Shown here: positions 50,451-59,726 of the stretch, in pieces
Position numbering within the stretch: the stretch's first letter is position 1
How the letters are laid out: every line of letters starts with the position of its first letter
Source of the DNA: Thermodesulfobacteriota bacterium
Lineage (GTDB): Bacteria > Desulfobacterota_D > UBA1144 > Nemesobacterales > Mycalebacteriaceae
Assembly: GCA_965226585.1 (NCBI GenBank)
Contig: OZ245366.1
Location: forward strand, 1,319,423-1,383,422
Length of the DNA stretch: 64,000 nt
Reading direction: 5' to 3'
Program-made: the position numbers and the translations under genes
The notes under the pieces: model-generated
Seen by the model: only the letters and a program-made list of their open reading frames with translations
What the model was told of the DNA's origin: nothing
Database searches by the model: none

Positions 50451-53400
50451 TCAAAAACTGTAATTAACCCCGCCTCTGAACTCTTGCACAAAAGTATCAA
50501 AACTCGCGCTCATTCCGCCATCGTAGTCAATCCTTACACTCAATTCACGCAAGGGAGCATAAGGCGTGTACTCAAAACCCGCGCCGTAGTTGAACATTAT
50601 CCTGTCCTGCCCGCCGCTTCGGGGAACATTACCGCCATCAAGGGTCGCCTCAAGTTCCGCCTCAGGGTTCAAGATGTGTATATCCGCCCCCACGCGAATT
50701 CTCATATTTACCGTCTCACTCAAAGGTGAACGCGCCTCAAATGAGGGGCTTACATATACCAGTATCTCACTTGTGTCTTTTACCTTGAAAGCATCAGCCC
50801 TTGCCTCAGGAGTGTTTGTTAAGGAAGTCTCATCAAACGCCCCCGCTGTTACATAAGACGCTCCAATCTCTATACGGGGAAACAACGCAAAACTCCCCGA
50901 TAAAAACGGCATTGCCGCGCCAAGCGCGCCGCCGAATACTGTCGCGTTTGTATCCGCAGTGTATCTATTATCTCCCGCAGTGCGGGTTGACTCCCAACTT
51001 GTGGAAACATACTGAAACCTGCCGTCAACCATATATCTGTCAACTATTGTGGAGGCAAAAATGCCTCCCATAAATCTCGTTGCTTCTCCGCTTGCGTCTG
51101 CCCTGCCTTCATCGGTCATCACATCCATATCAAGGTTTGATATCTCATAACCGCCTGCCACCGAAACAAGAATGCTGTTAAACGGGGCTGATACTCCGCC
51201 GGTGAAGGTATAGACATCTTCATCATAGTTAATCGCTGAAGAATAACGTGTGTACCTTCCTCCCGATGTTGCCCATACGCATCCAGTCCAGAAATCTCCG
51301 GCTATCTCATCACTTGCCGCAGAGCCGTAACCGCAACCGCTTGAAAGTTTTGTGGCAAAACTCCTGTCTGCGCGGTAAGCGGATTGTATGAGAGAATCAT
51401 AAATATCCAGACTGGCGTCTTTCAGCGACATTGCCGTCAAAAACAGGTTGCCGTCTCCGTCTGTCTCAACACTCACTCTTTCACCCGCCGCCGCGCTCAG
51501 ACGCTCTACAACTTCCTGCCTTTCTTCGCCTTCGGGCAGGTCGTCCGCTTCAAAAATTGTGTACTCGTTTATATGCGTTCCGGGAACATCAACCCTGACT
51601 CTAAAACCTTCAATATCTTCCGCAGTTATCTCGCCTTCAATATCTATGAGCGGTTTGTCATTCATTTCTTCAGGGTCTGCCGAGACAACAAGGGTTGAAT
51701 TCGCGCCGAAAGTTATTTTGTCCAAGCCGTTAAAACCGCCCGCGCCGGCAAGAACTATTGTGCCTTCATTTATGAAATGGTCATCGCCTTCGCCAAAGTT
51801 AATGGTTGCCCGTTCCGGCTCCCGTTCAGGCGTGGAAGAAAGACGGAAACGGCTGTCGCCGCTTGCTGACCCCTCCCCCGTCATTCCTGCCTCCCCCGTC
51901 ATTCCTGCGGAAGCAGGAATCCAGTATTGATTAGCCAGTTGAATACTGGATTCCGTGTCAGGCACGGAATGACGGGAGGGCGCGGACGAATGACGGGAAG
52001 GGGAGGATGCGGAATGACGGGAGGGCGATGATTGCGCGCCTGAACTTGCCGGCGTAGGAGTAGTCGGTGTAGGCGTTATCGTGTGCGTGTCATCGCCTGC
52101 TACTGTGCCGCCGTCCAAATTCACAAAAGTGTCATCACCGGCTCCCATGTCAAAATCTCCGGTGAGGGTGAAGGTTCCCCTGTTGTTCACTACGTCATCA
52201 CCGGCTCCCATGCTGCCGCTTCCGGTGAATGAGCCGTTGTTTTCAAAAGTCTCCGCACGCCCGGAAGTCTGCAGAATTCCCGTTATGCTTCCCGCGTCCA
52301 AAGCAGTTCCCCCGGCGGTGGTTTCAGCCGCATGAGTTACAATCTTTATCACCCCTCCCGTACTGTCCGCCGCAATATCGCCCGCCGCAATTGTTACCGC
52401 GTTTCCGGCGGTCGCGTTCACAACCGAACCCGCGCTCACATCAACCGTTACAGCTCCGGTGGTGGTGGAAACAGAAATTGTATCGGCATCAGCCGCTACC
52501 GTGTGCGCGGCGGAAAACGGACGCATATAGACTTGCGCGTGTCCACTTGCGGTTGTCGCGATAATCGCCCTTCCACCCGCGCCGCCCGCTCTGACTGCGG
52601 CGCCGTCTCTTACATAGATAATGGATTGTCCCCCTCCGGTAACTCGCGCGTTAAGCCCGATTCCGCCCATGCCGTCTGCGGTTATCTCCCGCTTAATTCC
52701 CCCCGCATCATCCGCGCTTCCGTTACTCCATGCCGCGTTGATAATCGCGTGAGCATCCCGCGAGACGGCATCAACAACCGTGCTTCCCACGCCGTTTGCG
52801 AATATGCTGTTTCCCGGACCCCCAAGCCAAATCTCTGAATTTTGCCTTAGTGAAACTGTTTCTATCACCTTACTGCCATCGCCGTTTGCGAATATCGCGC
52901 CGTTTGCGTGAACAATCGTCTTCTGAGCGTCCGTGTTTGCAAAGACTGTTTTACTGCGGTCGCCGTCAGACCACACTTCCGCGCCTGACTCAACGACAAA
53001 TGTCGTCGGTCTTCTGTTTCCCGACTGCATTCTTACAGTTGCGCTGTCCACGCCGTTTGTCCAGATTTTTGAGGTTCCCTCGGCACTGGCGCGCGCAGAG
53101 GCGTCTTTGGCGTGAACACGCAGACCTATGCTTGAATCCCCATGCGCGAACACCTGCGCGGAGCCTATAACCCGAACATTCATATCTCCGTGCCTTTGGT
53201 TGATGTCGTGTCTGGCAAGGGGTCCCGGGTCGGAGGAAGCGAAAATGGCGTTACTGTTCCCCTCCGTTACTCCAACGCTTGCCGTGTCAGAGATTGTTAT
53301 TATTGACGGGGCTTGGAGACCTATTGCCCTGATTGCCGTGCTTCCCGCGCCGTTTGCGCGCACTGTTGCCCTGCCGCGTATGTTGGCAATAACTCCATCC

Positions 53401-55868
53401 ATGACATGTGGACTCACGGCTAACCCGCCCGCGTTAATGGCGTAACTGCCGTCTCCCACCGAAAAAATTTCTGCGTCATCCTTGATGTCCAGAACCGTTT
53501 TTGTTGAACTCGCACCGCGTGTCGGGCTACTCGGGTTAAATCCCGCATTCGCTCTAATTGCGGTTGATGAATCGCCGTATGAATACACTTTTGAGTGTCC
53601 GTTGATTATGATGGAAGGGGGTTTTTCAGCACCTTCCACCGATATCGCCGCGCTCCGGACGCCGCTGGAGTGGATTTGCGGGGAATCCCCACCTCTGCCG
53701 ATATACATTCTAAGTGTTCCCTGAGTACCGCTTATAAAGTTGACCGCCGCGCTTCTGTCCCCTACTGAGAAAACTTCCACGCTGTCATAAATTCTCAACT
53801 CCGCGGTTCCTGCCTGAGAGTTAATCCTAACCCCGCTTCCGTCCGCGCCGTTTGCCCACACTTTCGCGCTATCCATTAAGGTTATGAGTTGAAAGGTGGT
53901 GCCGCCTGAATCCATAAGCAGTCCTGTTCCCCCGCCGTTGGTGAAAACCCGGGAAGAGTCGAAAATACGAGCATTTACCCACTTTGTTGATGTTCCGGCT
54001 CCGCGAACGCGCGCGGCATATCCACTGCCGAGTGTATAGACTTGCGAACTTCCTTGTATATCAAGGCGCGCCCTTGCTTTGCTGTAAATATCCAAGCCGT
54101 CTGTTCCCGCTCCGTCCGCCGTTACTTTTGCGGAGCCCTTCACATTGAACCAGATTTCCCCGTCGGTTGACCTTGTGTTGTCCACTAAAGCCGCAATTCC
54201 GCCGTCTCCGTTAGCGGAAAGCACCGATGAGCCGTCCAAGCTGACAACAATTTTGCCCTGTGACGGATTGATAAGAAGTCCGCGACCTCCGCTCCGTCCG
54301 CTTACTTCCGCGCTGCCGCTCATTTCAAATGTTTTTGTCCCGCCTGTGTCTTGACTCAAATCAACCGCGATTCCGCCGCCGTTTGCCGTTACCCGCGAGT
54401 CGCCTGAAACCACAACACGCCCCAATCCCCTGACTGCCGTGCCGGTCGCGCCTTGTGTCCACACCCGCGCCTTGCCTGAAATATCCACCCTTCCGGTTGT
54501 TGTTATCGCGTTGCTGTCTGCGCCGTTAGCCCATATTTTCGCGCCGCCTGAAACGGCTACTGTTCCAGTCGCCCTTACGGTTGAAGCCTCATCTGCGGCT
54601 GTCCAAATCCCTCCCGTTTCGTCAAGTGTGATTGTTAAGGTTCCCGCAGTTTTGGCATTGATGGCGACACCGCCCCTGCCGTTGGCATAGATTACTGAAC
54701 CGGTGTCTCCGGTGATGTTTATGTCGCCGTTTATTGATGTTGCATCAACACCTATCCCGGCTTGGTCAGCTATGGAAGTACTAATTCCGTAGGCTTCCGT
54801 ATAGGCTGAATTCAGTTGACCTCTTCCCCTTCCCTCAATTAGCCCACTTGAGAGTGTAATATCAATATCTCCGTCAACCGTGTTTGCTATAACTCCGTTT
54901 CTGCCGACTATGGTGGATACACCGTTCAACAAATTTATCTCTATGCTTCCGGCACCTCCGGTAACCGCCGCCAAACCGTAGGAGTCTCCCACGGATGAAG
55001 CCACGATTTCCGCCTGATCCGTCAGGTTGACCGTTATGTCGCCGCTTGCGCTTGTGGCTGTCGCGGCTTTGGTGTCAGACGCCAAATCCCGCATTCCGCC
55101 CACATAAGAATAGATTCCCGAATAGATGCCCAAAAACGAAAGTTCAATGTCTCCGGCTTGCGTCTCCATCTCAATGCCTTTTGTCTCGCCCGCCACTCTA
55201 AAGTCGTAGTCATAAATCTCAACCTTCTCTACTTCAATCACTGTGCCGGTCAAAATATTATAAGGAACTTGCACGCCGTCTCTGATTGTAGAATGCTCAT
55301 ATATGGGTATAGGCAGTATGTCAGCCGCATCCGGCAGTGGGTACACCTCAATTCTGCTTTTTCCGCTGAACTCCGCCACCGCTTTCCCGCTCTGGCTTGA
55401 TATGTAAATGCCGTTGCCGGTGCCAACTCCGTCAATGTTAATAACTGAACCGTTGTGAATCCCCACCACCGCGTCTCCGGTGCCGGCTTTTACAACGGCA
55501 ACGGTGCCTCTTCTTCCGTCTTTGTCTGCGCGCGCCGCGCCGTCAAGTATAAAGGTCGCGCCCCGCGCACCGCCAACATCTATGGTGGAACCGCCGGTTG
55601 CGGTTGTTTTTATAACCGAGCCGGTTGCGGAAAAAGCGGCGTCCGCTCCCGCCGCTGTGGTGTTGACCGTAACGGCGGTTGCGTCTGTAACTTTAGTTGG
55701 TGAACCGTCTGTGATTGTTAATGTGGCATCTCCCGATGATTTGGTACAGGAAAGAGCGCCGCCCGCGGGCGTTACCGCGCCGCAGTCTGCCTGAGCATAC
55801 GATTGATGGTGTGGTGTAAAAGCGAATAAAAGGGCGAGCAGAGAAAAGACTGTTAGTTGTTTGCGCAT
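50451..55868 (-). CDS. Large autotransporter-like protein, paralog H, 1805 aa, with a divergent passenger, an E-type β-domain and an in-frame repeat insertion.
   Basis: Signal peptide MRKQLTVFSLLALLFAFTPHHQSYAQ. The passenger largely lacks the VWANG periodicity. Bases 50451-~51850 are ≈ E 30701-~32100. The repeat element lies at 51870-52030. The protein ends VNYSF. Confidence 0.85.
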   Translation of the reverse strand: MRKQLTVFSLLALLFAFTPHHQSYAQADCGAVTPAGGALSCTKSSGDATLTITDGSPTKVTDATAVTVNTTAAGADAAFSATGSVIKTTATGGSTIDVGGARGATFILDGAARADKDGRRGTVAVVKAGTGDAVVGIHNGSVINIDGVGTGNGIYISSQSGKAVAEFSGKSRIEVYPLPDAADILPIPIYEHSTIRDGVQVPYNILTGTVIEVEKVEIYDYDFRVAGETKGIEMETQAGDIELSFLGIYSGIYSYVGGMRDLASDTKAATATSASGDITVNLTDQAEIVASSVGDSYGLAAVTGGAGSIEINLLNGVSTIVGRNGVIANTVDGDIDITLSSGLIEGRGRGQLNSAYTEAYGISTSIADQAGIGVDATSINGDINITGDTGSVIYANGRGGVAINAKTAGTLTITLDETGGIWTAADEASTVRATGTVAVSGGAKIWANGADSNAITTTGRVDISGKARVWTQGATGTAVRGLGRVVVSGDSRVTANGGGIAVDLSQDTGGTKTFEMSGSAEVSGRSGGRGLLINPSQGKIVVSLDGSSVLSANGDGGIAALVDNTRSTDGEIWFNVKGSAKVTADGAGTDGLDIYSKARARLDIQGSSQVYTLGSGYAARVRGAGTSTKWVNARIFDSSRVFTNGGGTGLLMDSGGTTFQLITLMDSAKVWANGADGSGVRINSQAGTAELRIYDSVEVFSVGDRSAAVNFISGTQGTLRMYIGRGGDSPQIHSSGVRSAAISVEGAEKPPSIIINGHSKVYSYGDSSTAIRANAGFNPSSPTRGASSTKTVLDIKDDAEIFSVGDGSYAINAGGLAVSPHVMDGVIANIRGRATVRANGAGSTAIRAIGLQAPSIITISDTASVGVTEGNSNAIFASSDPGPLARHDINQRHGDMNVRVIGSAQVFAHGDSSIGLRVHAKDASARASAEGTSKIWTNGVDSATVRMQSGNRRPTTFVVESGAEVWSDGDRSKTVFANTDAQKTIVHANGAIFANGDGSKVIETVSLRQNSEIWLGGPGNSIFANGVGSTVVDAVSRDAHAIINAAWSNGSADDAGGIKREITADGMGGIGLNARVTGGGQSIIYVRDGAAVRAGGAGGRAIIATTASGHAQVYMRPFSAAHTVAADADTISVSTTTGAVTVDVSAGSVVNATAGNAVTIAAGDIAADSTGGVIKIVTHAAETTAGGTALDAGSITGILQTSGRAETFENNGSFTGSGSMGAGDDVVNNRGTFTLTGDFDMGAGDDTFVNLDGGTVAGDDTHTITPTPTTPTPASSGAQSSPSRHSASSPSRHSSAPSRHSVPDTESSIQLANQYWIPASAGMTGEAGMTGEGSASGDSRFRLSSTPEREPERATINFGEGDDHFINEGTIVLAGAGGFNGLDKITFGANSTLVVSADPEEMNDKPLIDIEGEITAEDIEGFRVRVDVPGTHINEYTIFEADDLPEGEERQEVVERLSAAAGERVSVETDGDGNLFLTAMSLKDASLDIYDSLIQSAYRADRSFATKLSSGCGYGSAASDEIAGDFWTGCVWATSGGRYTRYSSAINYDEDVYTFTGGVSAPFNSILVSVAGGYEISNLDMDVMTDEGRADASGEATRFMGGIFASTIVDRYMVDGRFQYVSTSWESTRTAGDNRYTADTNATVFGGALGAAMPFLSGSFALFPRIEIGASYVTAGAFDETSLTNTPEARADAFKVKDTSEILVYVSPSFEARSPLSETVNMRIRVGADIHILNPEAELEATLDGGNVPRSGGQDRIMFNYGAGFEYTPYAPLRELSVRIDYDGGMSASFDTFVQEFRGGVNYSF
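51870..52030. mobile_element. Intergenic-type palindromic repeat element inserted in frame inside paralog H.
   Basis: The coding sequence contains cccgtcattcctgcggaagcaggaatccagtattgattagccagttgaatactggattccgtgtcaggcacggaatgacggg, encoding ...PSRHSVPDTESSIQLANQYWIPASAGMTGE.... Confidence 0.8.
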
Positions 55869-55912
55869 GGTTTATCTTGCGGGATTAAACTGTTTGGTTA
55901 GTTACGGCGGGA

Positions 55913-55941
55913 AATCTAAATGTAAATTGGCTTGTTTTCAA
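55913..55941 (-). promoter_or_regulatory. Putative σ70 promoter for paralog H: -35 TTGAAA at 55936-55941, a 17-nt spacer, and -10 TAGATT at 55913-55918. It overlaps the fmt stop codon.
   Basis: The minus strand reads gTTGAAAacaagccaatttacattTAGATTtcc, ending ~45 nt upstream of the H ATG. Confidence 0.4.
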
Positions 55942-56849
55942 CCAACCTTTTCTCCCGCCTCCACTTTCACCCCTCTGAGAAAATCCCCCGCAGGCATGGA
56001 TTTTCTGCCTTCAAGTTGCAACTCCTCCACCTCAATCGCGCCTTCTCCGGCGGCAATAATCAGCCGGTCGCGGCAAATGAGAACCTCTCCGGGCTTTCCG
56101 CTTCCGCCCGACAAAACGGCGCGCTTTATCTTTAGCATCTTTCCGCCCAAAACGGTGAACGCGCCGGGCCACGGAAATGTTCCCCTTATCAAATTGCGTA
56201 TCTCCTCAGGCGGTTTTGCCCAGTCTATCCTTCCGTCCTCTTTTTTCAGAACAGGGGCGTATGTCGCAAGCGAATCATCTTGCGGCTCAGGGCGGGCGGT
56301 TCCGCTTTCCACGGATGAAAGAGTCTCAGCCATAAGCCGCGCCCCCTCTCCCGCAAGACGGCGCGCCAGTTGCTCAGAGTTTTCATCATCGCCAATCGCA
56401 ACCTCTCTTTTCAGCAGAATATCGCCCGAATCCAGTTTGTCGTTTATCAGCATTGTTGTAACGCCGGTTTTCCTGTCGCCCGCCATCACGGCGCGGTTTA
56501 TCGGAGACGCGCCCCGGTAGCGCGGAAGCAGAGAGGCGTGAAGGTTGATAAACCTTCCGGGCGCAGTCGCAAGAAGGTCGCGGGGAATAATTTTTCCGTA
56601 GGCAACAACACAAACCGCATCGGGCTTTATCCGCTTAAACTCTTCGTTGAGTTCACCCGGAGATTCAGGCTGAAAAACGGGAATTGATAAATCCAGAGCA
56701 AGTTTTTTGACGGCGGAAGGCGACACGCGCCCTCCCCGCCCCGCAGGTTTGTCCGGCATTGAAACGACTGCGGAAACTTTGCGGTTTTCCGCAAGCAGAC
56801 GCAGAGAGACCGCCGCGAATTCCGGTGTTCCCATAAATATGATGTTCAT
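55938..56849 (-). CDS. fmt: Methionyl-tRNA formyltransferase.
   Basis: The 303-aa product reads MNIIFMGTPEFAAVSLRLL..., with a formyltransferase N-domain (HASLLPRYRGASPI) and the C-terminal Fmt domain. Confidence 0.9.
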   Translation of the reverse strand: MNIIFMGTPEFAAVSLRLLAENRKVSAVVSMPDKPAGRGGRVSPSAVKKLALDLSIPVFQPESPGELNEEFKRIKPDAVCVVAYGKIIPRDLLATAPGRFINLHASLLPRYRGASPINRAVMAGDRKTGVTTMLINDKLDSGDILLKREVAIGDDENSEQLARRLAGEGARLMAETLSSVESGTARPEPQDDSLATYAPVLKKEDGRIDWAKPPEEIRNLIRGTFPWPGAFTVLGGKMLKIKRAVLSGGSGKPGEVLICRDRLIIAAGEGAIEVEELQLEGRKSMPAGDFLRGVKVEAGEKVG

Positions 56850-56867
56850 ACGGCTTTCAAACGGCTT

Positions 56868-58640
56868 CTAAACTTCAACCTTTCTGAGCCCCAGTTCCGC
56901 CATCTGTTCGGAATCTATCTCTGACGGCGCGCCCGTGAGCGGGCAGGCTCCCTTCTGCGTTTTTGGAAACGCCGTAACCTCTCTTATCGTATTGCGCCCC
57001 GCAACCATCATCACAATTCTGTCAAGCCCCAAAGCCACGCCGCCGTGCGGAGGCGCGCCGTATTCAAGCGCCCTGAGGAAAAACCCGAACTGCTCATTCA
57101 CCGCGCCCGAATCCATTCCTATCGCCTTCAAAACGGTCTCCTGAAGCTCCTTTCTATGTATCCTGATACTGCCGCCGCCCAGTTCCACACCGTTCAAAAC
57201 TATGTCGTAAGCGCGTGAAAATGCTTCCAATGGATTAGTCTCTATCTTCTCCCCGCTTCCGGGGGCGGGAGCCGTGAACGGATGGTGAACCGCCTTGAGC
57301 CGCCCTCCGGGTTCACGCTCAAACATGGGGAAATTCTCAACCCACACAAACTTGTATTGCCCGTCTTTTATAAGCCCAAGCCGCCCGGCGGCGGAAATCC
57401 TGACGGCGGAAAGAACAGCGTTGACGGTCTCAGCGTCTCCCGCCCCGAAAAATATAAGCCCTTCGCCTTTGCCCGCAAGCCCCGTCTTTTCAAGCAGACT
57501 TGACTTTTCGGTCTCAGAGAGAAACTTTGCCACCGGAGACTGCCACTGCCCGTCTGCGGTTATCCGTATCCACGCAAGCCCTCCCGCGCCCATTGCTATC
57601 GCCTCTTCGGTCATCTCGTCTATGTCTTTGCGGGCAATGGCGGAAGAGTTTTCCGCAACCGCAAACGCCTTCACAATTCCGCCCTTTTTGAGAGCGGAGG
57701 AGAAAACCTTAAATTCCGAGTTTTCAAACACGGCGGACACATCGCGCAGTTCAAGGGCGAATCTCATGTCGGGATGGTCGTTTCCGTAACGTTCCATCGC
57801 GTCTGTATAGTCAATCCTCTCAAACGGCGTGTCCGCCGTTATCCCGCCCGCAGAGAAGCACTCTTTTATAAGCCCCTCCACAACGCCCATAATTTCCGCC
57901 TCGTCTGCAAACGCCATCTCCATATCTATCTGCGAAAACTCCGGCTGTCTGTCGGCGCGAAGGTCTTCATCTCTGAAACAGCGCGCCACCTGATAATAGC
58001 GGTTGAAGCCCGAAGCCATCAGTATCTGTTTTAGTATCTGGGGAGACTGCGGAAGGGCGTAGAACTGCCCCCCGGTTTGGCGGCAGGGAACAACAAAATC
58101 TCTCGCGCCTTCGGGAGTGGCTTTTGTCAGCAGAGGGGTTTCAATCTCAGCAAAACCGGATTTTTCAAGATAAGACCGCGCGGCGGAAACCACCTTGTGG
58201 CGCAAAACAATGGCGTCTTTCATCACGGGGCGGCGAAGGTCGAGAAACCTGTATTTCATCCTCACGGGCTCATCGGCGCGCGCCTCATTGTCAACCGGAA
58301 AAGGCAGTTCGGGGCAGGTATTGAACACTTCCGCGTCTGAGGCAACTATCTCTATCTCCCCGGTCGGCATGGATTCGTTCACCATCGCGGATTCCCTCGC
58401 CACAACCTTGCCCTTTACCGCTATCACCCATTCGCTTCTGAAACTGTCGGCAAGAGAGTGAGGTCCCCCTCTTGACGGGTCAAAAACCGCCTGCACAATG
58501 CCGCCGTGGTCGCGTATGTCTATGAATATCACCCCGCCGTGGTCGCGGCTTGACTGAACCCAGCCCATAACCGTAACCTCGCGCCCCTCATCGGAAGCGC
58601 GCAAATCGCCGCAAACATCTGTTCTTTTCCACTCTTTCAT
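56868..58640 (-). CDS. aspS: Aspartate--tRNA ligase.
   Basis: 590 aa. The N-terminus has an OB-fold anticodon-binding domain (VTVMGWVQSSRDHGGVIFIDIRD), followed by the class II core motifs (FRDEDLRADRQPEF..., GGGSIRIH, GLDR). Confidence 0.9.
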   Translation of the reverse strand: MKEWKRTDVCGDLRASDEGREVTVMGWVQSSRDHGGVIFIDIRDHGGIVQAVFDPSRGGPHSLADSFRSEWVIAVKGKVVARESAMVNESMPTGEIEIVASDAEVFNTCPELPFPVDNEARADEPVRMKYRFLDLRRPVMKDAIVLRHKVVSAARSYLEKSGFAEIETPLLTKATPEGARDFVVPCRQTGGQFYALPQSPQILKQILMASGFNRYYQVARCFRDEDLRADRQPEFSQIDMEMAFADEAEIMGVVEGLIKECFSAGGITADTPFERIDYTDAMERYGNDHPDMRFALELRDVSAVFENSEFKVFSSALKKGGIVKAFAVAENSSAIARKDIDEMTEEAIAMGAGGLAWIRITADGQWQSPVAKFLSETEKSSLLEKTGLAGKGEGLIFFGAGDAETVNAVLSAVRISAAGRLGLIKDGQYKFVWVENFPMFEREPGGRLKAVHHPFTAPAPGSGEKIETNPLEAFSRAYDIVLNGVELGGGSIRIHRKELQETVLKAIGMDSGAVNEQFGFFLRALEYGAPPHGGVALGLDRIVMMVAGRNTIREVTAFPKTQKGACPLTGAPSEIDSEQMAELGLRKVEV

Positions 58641-58652
58641 TGGATAACCGCC

Positions 58653-59336
58653 TTACGGATTTTTCTTTTTCTCTCCGGAGCCCGGAACACCGAACCTTCT
58701 TTCAAGTTCCCTGTCTATGTCGGACGGCGAAAGCCCCTGCTCCGCCAGCAGAACAAGGCAGTGAAACCAAAGGTCTGCCGTCTCAGACACAAGTTCCTCA
58801 GGGTCTGAATTTTTTGCCGCGATAACGGTTTCGCCCGCTTCTTCGGCTATTTTTCTCGCTATCCTGTCCGTTCCGCCCTCAAAAAGAGCGTTTGTGTACG
58901 AGCCCTCTTTCGGGTTCCGTTTTCTGTCTTCAACCGTGCGGAAAACCTTGCCGAGTGTCGCCATCGCGCCTTTTTCAAAAGCCGGAGCCAAACTTCTTTT
59001 GCCGTTACCGGCGGTGTAAAAACAGGTTTCCTCTCCCGTGTGGCACGAGGGTCCGGTCGGTTCCACAAGCACCAGAACACAGTCGCGGTCGCAGTCAAAC
59101 AGTATCTCTTTCACTTTTTGAAAATTGCCGGACTCTTCGCCCTTGTTCCACAGTTTTTTGCGCGAGCGGCTCCAGAAATGTGTTGTTCCGGTCTCGCGGG
59201 TTTTTTTAAGCGCGTCTTCATTTGCCCACGCCATCATAAGCACCCTTCCGTTTTCGCAGTCTTGCACTATCACGGGAACAAGCCCGTCATTTCCGAACTT
59301 TATTGTTTTTGTGTCCATTGCCGTCTTTCCAATCAA
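58653..59336 (-). CDS. hisIE: Bifunctional phosphoribosyl-AMP cyclohydrolase / phosphoribosyl-ATP pyrophosphatase. The true start may be the internal Met at ~59315.
   Basis: HisI-like N-terminal half (VPVIVQD...[10 protein letters not shown]...FWSRSR..LW.KGE.SG) and HisE-like C-terminal half ([27 protein letters not shown]...). Confidence 0.8.
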   Translation of the reverse strand: MIGKTAMDTKTIKFGNDGLVPVIVQDCENGRVLMMAWANEDALKKTRETGTTHFWSRSRKKLWNKGEESGNFQKVKEILFDCDRDCVLVLVEPTGPSCHTGEETCFYTAGNGKRSLAPAFEKGAMATLGKVFRTVEDRKRNPKEGSYTNALFEGGTDRIARKIAEEAGETVIAAKNSDPEELVSETADLWFHCLVLLAEQGLSPSDIDRELERRFGVPGSGEKKKNP

Positions 59337-59344
59337 CGCGATTG

Positions 59345-59353
59345 TGCTATATT
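59345..59353 (+). promoter_or_regulatory. Possible extended -10 promoter (TGcTATATT) for rpoZ.
   Basis: The sequence gattgTGcTATATTacacg lies in the 63-bp divergent spacer between hisIE and rpoZ. The GGAGGGG Shine-Dalgarno follows at 59388-59394. Confidence 0.35.
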
Positions 59354-59399
59354 ACACGCACAAGCGGCTTATCAACAGTCGCGCCCGGAGGGGAAAAAA

Positions 59400-59701
59400 T
59401 GGCAAGAGTTACAATAGAAGACTGCATGGAGGTTGTGGGCAACAGGTTCGCGCTTTCCGTGGTGGCGATGAAAAGAGCCAAACAGATTGTTATGAAAAAA
59501 GCGGGAATTCTTGAAAAAGAGAAAAAACTCGCGGAAGTGGATACCGATGTCGCGGCAACCGATGAGATTCCGGCGGCTGAGGTTGTTGAGAGAAACATAG
59601 ACAAAAGTTCCGCCATTCAGGAAGAGCACAAACCCGTGCTGAGCGCTCTCAAGGAGATAGCGGAGAAAAACCTGAATTTTCACCGCCCGGACGGAAAATA
59701 G
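59400..59701 (+). CDS. rpoZ: DNA-directed RNA polymerase omega subunit.
   Basis: MARVTIEDCMEVVGNRFALSVVAMKRAKQI is the canonical RpoZ N-terminus. A GGAGGGG Shine-Dalgarno lies 6 nt upstream. The longer listed ORF from 59303 is an upstream extension of the open frame. Confidence 0.85.
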
Positions 59702-59726
59702 AGACTGATCCGCGCGCGCGCCGCCA

